Source of the DNA: Nitrospira japonica | Lineage (GTDB): Bacteria > Nitrospirota > Thermodesulfovibrionia > Thermodesulfovibrionales > SM23-35 | Assembly: GCA_020725385.1 (NCBI GenBank) | Contig: DYFC01000050.1 | Span: forward strand, 1 to 12,380 | DNA length: 12,380 nt | Reading direction: 5' to 3' | In this document: positions 6,819 to 12,380 of the stretch, in pieces | Layout: each line of letters starts with the position of its first letter | Numbering within the stretch: position 1 is the first letter of the stretch | The notes under the pieces: generated by a model | What the model saw: only the letters and a program-made list of their open reading frames with translations | What the model was told of the DNA's origin: nothing | Database searches by the model: none | Program-made: the position numbers and the translations under genes

Positions 6819-6825
6819 TTATTAT
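6797..6825 (+). promoter_or_regulatory. Sigma70-type promoter candidate for the mobA operon
   Basis: TTGAAA (6797-6802), 17-bp spacer, TATTAT (6820-6825). The ATG at 6834 follows 8 nt later with no SD, so the leader is short or absent. Confidence 0.45.
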
Positions 6826-6833
6826 AAAAGTGT

Positions 6834-7424
6834 ATGATAGATGCTTTGATTTTGGCTGGAGGTGAGAACAGGAGGCTTCCTGTTGTTAAAGGATTTATAG
6901 AGATACAAGGCAAGAAAATAATTGAAAGCAATTTAGATTTACTTGGAAAAATATTTAATAGGGTATTCATAAGCACAAACAGTCCTGAATTATATTTTTA
7001 TCTTGGTGTTCCAATGATTGGAGATATTTTGAATTTTAGAGGGCCGATGACAGGAATTTATTCTGGTTTAATTAATATTGATTCTCCATTTTTGTTTGTT
7101 ACAGGATGCGATATGCCTTATATAAATGTTATACTAATTAAGTATATTGCTGATAAGGCAAATGAAAGATATGATGCAATAATTCCATTATATGAAAATA
7201 AACCCCAGCCATTACTGGGAGTTTATTCAAAGAGAATAATTTCTAAAATAGAAGATACTATTTTAAAAGGGAAAAGGAGTTTAAGAGATTTTTTAAAGGG
7301 ATTGATTGTATATTACATAAATGAGGATGAAGTGAGAAAAATAGACCCGCATGGAAGGTCATTTGTTAATATAAACACTATTGAAGATTACAGAAGAGAG
7401 GGGGGTTCAGAATGTTTGGTTTAG
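6834..7424 (+). CDS. mobA: Molybdenum cofactor guanylyltransferase
   Basis: ILAGGENRRL...KG, GPMTGIYSGL, VTGCDMPY, QPLLGVYS and SFVNINTIED motifs. Confidence 0.92.
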   Translation: MIDALILAGGENRRLPVVKGFIEIQGKKIIESNLDLLGKIFNRVFISTNSPELYFYLGVPMIGDILNFRGPMTGIYSGLINIDSPFLFVTGCDMPYINVILIKYIADKANERYDAIIPLYENKPQPLLGVYSKRIISKIEDTILKGKRSLRDFLKGLIVYYINEDEVRKIDPHGRSFVNINTIEDYRREGGSECLV

Positions 7425-7612
7425 GAACTCAGGAACTTATCATTATTCTTATTATTGTGGTTGTTCTTTTTGGAGCAACAAGATTGCCACAAATAGGCAG
7501 TGGTATAGGTCAGGCAATAAAAAATTTCAAAAAGAGCGTCAAGGAAAATGATGAGATTGATGTAACACCCAAAAAAGAAAGTACTGATACTAAAAAAGAA
7601 GAAGGTGCTTAG
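7412..7612 (+). CDS. tatA: Sec-independent translocase subunit TatA/E
   Basis: MFGLGTQELIIILIIVVVLFGATRLPQIGSGIGQAIKNFKK: TM helix, FG hinge, amphipathic helix. SD-like GAGGGGG upstream. Confidence 0.95.
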   Translation: MFGLGTQELIIILIIVVVLFGATRLPQIGSGIGQAIKNFKKSVKENDEIDVTPKKESTDTKKEEGA

Positions 7613-8723
7613 AGGACCTGTTGCAGAAATAAATCTTTCGGCATTATTACATAATTTTCAGACAATAAAAAATAATGTCCCTAATCGGCAAATAGTTCCT
7701 GTCGTAAAAGCCGATGCTTATGGTCATGGTTCAATAGAAATATCACATCTTCTTCAGAAACAAGGTGTTGAATACCTTGCGGTTGCTTTTACCGGTGAAG
7801 CAAGAATTTTAAGAGAATCCGGCATTAATTGTCAGATAATAGTTTTATTTGATAAAGATGCTGGTGAATGTATCGAACTAAATCTCATCCCTGTCATTCA
7901 TAGTGTGGAAGCTGCCCATGAATTCTCTAAAGAAGCCAAAAAAAGAAATACATATTTAAATGTTCATATAAAAATTGATACAGGAATGGGAAGGCTTGGT
8001 TTAACGGGCGAGCATATTTTGGATGAACTTTTAACTATAAGTAAAATGCCCGGAATACATATTACAGGTATTTTAAGCCACTTTTCCGAAGCAGACCTTA
8101 AAGACAGAACATTTGCACTTAATCAACTTAATAAGTTCATTTCTATAAGGGATAGTTTATCTGCAAGTTTAGATAAGTATATTTTTTCTTACATAGCAAA
8201 TAGCGCTGCAGTAATGTCTTTTCCCGAAGCTTATCTTGATGCGGTCAGACCGGGTATAATGCTTTATGGATATTCTCCTTTGTCTTATCAAATTTCTCCT
8301 GATGATCGGAATTTCTATGATAAACTAATTCCTGTAATGACTGTTAAAACAAATATATTAAGTCTCAGAAATGTTCCTGAAGGCACTCCTATAAGTTATG
8401 GTAGAACATTCATAACAAAAAGGAAGAGCAAGATAGGCGTAATTCCTTTGGGATATGCTGATGGTTTTAGCCGTCTTTTTTCAAACAATGCAGAAGTTCT
8501 TGTTAGGGGCAAACGTGTTCCTGTGGTTGGAAGGGTATGTATGGATATGACAATGATTGATGTTACAGAAGTAGAAGATGTTAAAGAAGAAGATGAAGTA
8601 GTTATAATAGGTTCACAGGGTAAGGAGAAAATAACTGCTTATGAACTTGCCACAAGAGCAAATACAATTACATATGAAATTTTAACCTCTCTTGGAAGCA
8701 GAGCAAGACGAATATATGTTTAA
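7605..8723 (+). CDS. alr: Alanine racemase
   Basis: PLP-lysine motif VVKADAYGHG, HIKIDTGMGRLG, ANSAA, VRPGIMLYG, ISYG, GYADG, GRVCMD and TITYEIL. The GTG start overlaps tatA. Confidence 0.97.
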   Translation: MLRGPVAEINLSALLHNFQTIKNNVPNRQIVPVVKADAYGHGSIEISHLLQKQGVEYLAVAFTGEARILRESGINCQIIVLFDKDAGECIELNLIPVIHSVEAAHEFSKEAKKRNTYLNVHIKIDTGMGRLGLTGEHILDELLTISKMPGIHITGILSHFSEADLKDRTFALNQLNKFISIRDSLSASLDKYIFSYIANSAAVMSFPEAYLDAVRPGIMLYGYSPLSYQISPDDRNFYDKLIPVMTVKTNILSLRNVPEGTPISYGRTFITKRKSKIGVIPLGYADGFSRLFSNNAEVLVRGKRVPVVGRVCMDMTMIDVTEVEDVKEEDEVVIIGSQGKEKITAYELATRANTITYEILTSLGSRARRIYV

Positions 8724-9489
8724 AATAATTGCATTAATTGGAAAAGTAATATTGAATTTTTCTGAAGAAATGGGAAGAATACTTCTTCTTTTTTCAGTAA
8801 CATTAAAACAGATGATAATTCCTCCTTATGAGGTCAGAAATACTTTTAAACAGATGCTCGAAATAGGTATAAGGTCATTGCCTGTTGTACTTATAACAGC
8901 GATTTTTACAGGCATGGTCTTTTCTCTTCAAACATTTACAGGTTTTAAACGCTTCGGAGCAGAAACACTTGTTGGAACAGTTGTTGCACTTTCCATGACA
9001 AGAGAACTTGGCCCTGTTCTTACTGCTTTGATTGTAGCCGGGAGGGCAGGAGCAGCAATGGCAGCAGAGCTTGGAACAATGAGGGTTACGGAACAGATAG
9101 ATGCACTTGAAACTCTTGCGACCAATCCTGTTAAATATTTAATAGTTCCAAGATTTGTTGCAGGAACATTAATGCTGCCTGCATTGGCTACTATTGCAGA
9201 TATAACAGGAATAGCCGGCGGGTATCTTGTAACTGTAGGGCTGTTTGAATCGAGTTCAATAGTTTACTGGAAAAGAACGTGGGATTATCTCGAGACTTCT
9301 GATATATTTAATGGCTTAATTAAAGCAGCTTTTTTTGGAGCATCTATATCATTAATCAGTTGTTATAAAGGATTCTATACACGTGGTGGAGCTGAAGGGG
9401 TTGGAAAAGGTACAACAGGAGCTGTTGTACTGTCCTCAATGACAATATTAATTTCAGATTATTTTCTGTCAGCATGGCTTTTTAGATAA
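8716..9489 (+). CDS. mlaE: MlaE-family ABC permease
   Basis: RELGPVLTALIVAGRAGAAMAAELGTMRVTEQIDALETLATNP and GAEGVGKGTTGAVV. The start is placed at ATG 8716 (overlapping the alr stop) instead of TTG 8692. Confidence 0.95.
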   Translation: MFKIIALIGKVILNFSEEMGRILLLFSVTLKQMIIPPYEVRNTFKQMLEIGIRSLPVVLITAIFTGMVFSLQTFTGFKRFGAETLVGTVVALSMTRELGPVLTALIVAGRAGAAMAAELGTMRVTEQIDALETLATNPVKYLIVPRFVAGTLMLPALATIADITGIAGGYLVTVGLFESSSIVYWKRTWDYLETSDIFNGLIKAAFFGASISLISCYKGFYTRGGAEGVGKGTTGAVVLSSMTILISDYFLSAWLFR

Positions 9490-9507
9490 AAATTAAGAGA
9501 GAAATAA

Positions 9508-10287
9508 TTGATAGAAATTATTGACTTACATAAATCATTTGGAAACCATCATGTTTTAAAGGGCGTCAATTTAAAAATAGAAAAAGGAGAAAGCATGGTG
9601 GTAATCGGAGGAAGCGGCTCTGGAAAAAGCGTACTTCTGAAGCATATTATCGGAATTCTAAAACCTGATAAAGGTAATGTTCTAATAGATGGAATTGATA
9701 TTACAAAACTGAATGAACGTGAATTATATGAAATAAGAAAAAAATTTGGTATGCTTTTTCAAATGGCAGCTTTATTTGATTCATTGACTGTTTGGGAAAA
9801 TGTAGGATTTGCTCTTACAAGACAGAAAAAGATGAGGGATGAAGATGTGAAAAAGATAGCCTCTGAAAAGCTTAGACTTGTAGGGCTTGTTAATGTCGAG
9901 GACCTTATGCCTTCTGAACTTTCAGGTGGAATGAAAAAAAGGGTTGGGCTTGCAAGGGCTATTGCCCATGAACCGGAGATACTTCTATATGATGAGCCAA
10001 CAACAGGTCTTGACCCTATTATGGCTGATGCTATAAATGATTTAATAATAGAGATGAAAAATAAGCTTTCGGTAACAAGTATTGCGATTACTCATGATAT
10101 GCATAGCGCTTATAAAATTGCTGACAGAATAGCTATGCTATATGATGGAAAGATTATTGGAACCGGTACGCCCGATGAAATTAAGAATACCGAAGATCCT
10201 GTTATAAAGCAATTTATAACAGGAAGTGCTTATGGTCCGATAAAGATAGAAGGAGTTCACAATGAAAGGTCTTTCAACAGAGCTTAA
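9508..10287 (+). CDS. mlaF: MlaF/Mkl-family ABC ATPase
   Basis: Walker A GGSGSGKS, GMLFQMAALFDSLTVWENV, signature LSGGMKKRVGLARA, Walker B LLYDEPTTGLDP and ITHD. Confidence 0.95.
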   Translation: MIEIIDLHKSFGNHHVLKGVNLKIEKGESMVVIGGSGSGKSVLLKHIIGILKPDKGNVLIDGIDITKLNERELYEIRKKFGMLFQMAALFDSLTVWENVGFALTRQKKMRDEDVKKIASEKLRLVGLVNVEDLMPSELSGGMKKRVGLARAIAHEPEILLYDEPTTGLDPIMADAINDLIIEMKNKLSVTSIAITHDMHSAYKIADRIAMLYDGKIIGTGTPDEIKNTEDPVIKQFITGSAYGPIKIEGVHNERSFNRA

Positions 10288-11743
10288 AGTTGGATTATTC
10301 GCTGTATTTGTAATATTAATACTTGGTTTTATGACCTTTAAGGTAGGCGGACTTGACTGGTTTAAGAAAGAAGGTTACACAGTCTATGTTAACTTCAAAA
10401 ATATTGCAGGTCTTGATGAAAAGACAAAAGTAAAGATTGCCGGTGTAGATGCAGGTGTTATTGAAAAAATAGAATTAAAAGATGGCATAGCAAGACTTAA
10501 ACTCCGCATACGCAAGGATGTTACTCTGTATAGCGATGCATCTGCTTCAATAAAGGCAACAGGCCTTCTGGGTGATAAATATCTTGAGATAAAAATTGGC
10601 TCAATGGAGCCAGCACTTAAAAATGGCGAATCTGTAAAAGAAGTAATTGAGCTTGTTGATATAGATGATATGGTTCGTAAATTATCAAGGGTTTCAGAAA
10701 ATATCAGTACCCTTGCTGTATCATTAAATGAAGCTTTCGGTACCGAAGAATCAAAGAAAGCTTTGAAAGAATCTGTTCTGAATCTTGGAGAAATAACCGC
10801 AAATCTCAGTCATACAATTATAGTAAATGACAGGAAAATGAGAAATGTGCTTGATAATATAAATAAATTGACAGCATCTCTTAATGAAGTAGTAACAAAT
10901 AATAGGGAACCATTAAAGACAACCTTGTTGAATATGGAAGATTTTTCCGGAAGACTTAAGACAGATGGTCCGGAACTTGTTGCCAATTTGAGCAAGGCTA
11001 CAAAGGAATTAAAGGAAGTTATTGAAGAAAACAAAAACTCTCTAAAGAGTACTATAGATTCATTCAATAATGTAGCAAAGAAAATTGACAGCGGTGAAGG
11101 TACTCTTGGAAAACTTGTAAAAGATGACAAGCTTTATGAATCTATTAATAAAGCAGCAGAAGGACTTGACAGAACAATAGGAGCTATTGATAGATTTAAA
11201 ACTTTTATTACATTTCAGTCAGATTATCTCATGAGACAGGGTGATGGCAAAGGAGCATTCTATGTTACACTTCAGCCAAAACCGGATAAATATTATATAC
11301 TCGGAGTTGTTGGAGATCCGCTGGGAAGGGTAACAACAAAAGAAACTATTACAAGCACTCCAACCGGAACAACAAAAGTAAAGAAAAAAGAGATAGAGAA
11401 AGAAATAGAATTTACAGCACAATTTGCAAAGAGATTCGATAATACCGGGTTGAGAATAGGTGTAACGGAGAGTACATTCGGAGCCGGTGCTGATTATTTT
11501 TTTAACAATGATAAGGCAAAAGCTTCGGTTGATATATGGGATTTTTCGAATGATGAGGAAGATTCTAAAAATCCTCATGTAAAAGTTGGTGTTGATTATT
11601 TTGTTTTTAAGAATCTTTTTGTCTCAGCAGGAGCTGATAACATTCTTAATAAGAAAAAAGCAGGAGGATATGTTGGTGCAGGCATAAGATTTGAGGATGA
11701 AGACTTCAAGTATCTTTTTGGTAATATTTCAAGGCTAAGATAA
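10262..11743 (+). CDS. mlaD: Long MlaD/MCE protein: N-terminal TM, MCE domain, long helical region, predicted C-terminal beta-barrel
   Basis: ELKVGLF TM anchor, MCE motifs GL..KTKVKIAGVDAGVI and GLLGDKYLEI, then about 180 aa of helical sequence ending GEGTLGKLVKDDKLY. From about residue 315 there are alternating amphipathic strands (FGAGADYFF, VKVGVDYFVF, LFVSAGAD, YVGAGIRF). Confidence 0.9.
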   Translation: MKGLSTELKVGLFAVFVILILGFMTFKVGGLDWFKKEGYTVYVNFKNIAGLDEKTKVKIAGVDAGVIEKIELKDGIARLKLRIRKDVTLYSDASASIKATGLLGDKYLEIKIGSMEPALKNGESVKEVIELVDIDDMVRKLSRVSENISTLAVSLNEAFGTEESKKALKESVLNLGEITANLSHTIIVNDRKMRNVLDNINKLTASLNEVVTNNREPLKTTLLNMEDFSGRLKTDGPELVANLSKATKELKEVIEENKNSLKSTIDSFNNVAKKIDSGEGTLGKLVKDDKLYESINKAAEGLDRTIGAIDRFKTFITFQSDYLMRQGDGKGAFYVTLQPKPDKYYILGVVGDPLGRVTTKETITSTPTGTTKVKKKEIEKEIEFTAQFAKRFDNTGLRIGVTESTFGAGADYFFNNDKAKASVDIWDFSNDEEDSKNPHVKVGVDYFVFKNLFVSAGADNILNKKKAGGYVGAGIRFEDEDFKYLFGNISRLR

Positions 11744-11782
11744 TTTTTTATCCCGAATTTAATAATGAAAGGAGGTGAAAAA

Positions 11783-12175
11783 GTGAGGATACCATTTTTT
11801 AAACAAATTTCATGGTACCTTGTAGTTGCAATGTTTATTATTGGAATTGCTCCAAAGGTTGACGCTGGCTTTGCTCCTTCTGAAATTATTCCTAATGCTC
11901 AAATTGACAGAAACGCAGATATTGATAAAATACAAAAAATAATTGAAACAAAAGCTGTTAGTACAAGATTATCGCAATTAGGATTTACAACAGAAGAGGT
12001 TAAAAATAGGCTTGCGCAACTAAGCGACCAGCAATTACATCAAGTTGCATCACAACTTGATGATTTAAAAGCAGGTGGAGATGTTCTTGGTGTTATTATT
12101 GCATTGCTTGTTATCGCAATTCTTGTTGTAATTCTTTTAAATCTAACAGGACACAAGGTTGTTATCACAAAGTAA
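11783..12175 (+). CDS. PA2779-family (DUF6627-like) exported/membrane protein
   Basis: Signal-peptide-like N-terminus, RLSQLGFTTEEVKNRLAQLSDQQLHQVASQLDDLKAGG, and a C-terminal TM helix. The start is placed at GTG 11783 because AAGGAGG lies at 11769-11775. Confidence 0.8.
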   Translation: MRIPFFKQISWYLVVAMFIIGIAPKVDAGFAPSEIIPNAQIDRNADIDKIQKIIETKAVSTRLSQLGFTTEEVKNRLAQLSDQQLHQVASQLDDLKAGGDVLGVIIALLVIAILVVILLNLTGHKVVITK

Positions 12176-12217
12176 ATATTGTTTTTTTATATTGGATTTT
12201 TATTGTTAAACATATTG

Positions 12218-12249
12218 AAGGGGATAGAATGTTATCTATCCCCTTTTTT
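12218..12249 (+). terminator. Rho-independent terminator
   Basis: AAGGGGATAGA-ATGTTA-TCTATCCCCTT forms a perfect 11-bp stem running into the T-tract at 12244-12249. Confidence 0.9.
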
Positions 12250-12380
12250 GATCTGAGTAATTCAGACATTGCTCAAAAATTTATTTAACTCGATGATTTT
12301 TATATTAAAAGATATTTTTTGCTTATACATAAAAAAGTTCATGGCAAATCATCTTTAAACGTACACTAAGGTATCGAAAA

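Noticed and set aside
4373-7612. Functional link between DCCP/DCCP-R and mobA-tatA
   Set aside because: They are separated by a hairpin, an opposite-strand gene remnant and a separate promoter. DCCP has no Tat signal or Moco motif.
1361-11578. Shadow ORFs 1361-1591, 2063-2284, 2703-3101, 3137-3322, 3442-3642, 5949-6263, 6767-6976, 8928-9125, 10810-11130 and 11219-11578
   Set aside because: They are antisense or out-of-frame overlaps of well-supported genes and have no motifs of their own.

Overview
AT-rich bacterial window with three parts. Gene order and content suggest an anaerobic diderm such as Nitrospirota/Thermodesulfovibrio-like or Desulfobacterota, but that is inference. (1) 1-4067 is a decaying accessory, defence-like patch that the ORF track mostly misses. 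It holds the left end of an internally deleted IS (terminal TG, two 18-bp subterminal repeats, an RBS-sequestering hairpin), a beta-class amino-DNA-methyltransferase pseudogene, two orphan ORFs and a nonsense-interrupted FWDY-type small gene. It ends with an intact AAA_14/DUF4143 (COG1373) ATPase-nuclease gene that has an apparently leaderless promoter overlapped by an operator-like repeat. (2) 4373-6420 is a double-cubane cluster protein (DCCP) plus its ASKHA-ATPase reductase (DCCP-R), followed by a 5'-truncated IPTL-CTERM gene on the minus strand. (3) 6834-12249 is a housekeeping operon mobA-tatA-alr-mlaE-mlaF-mlaD plus a PA2779-like gene and a terminator. This MlaD is the long type with a predicted C-terminal beta-barrel. 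No rRNA, tRNA or CRISPR array was seen. All family calls come from motif recognition by eye, not from searches.
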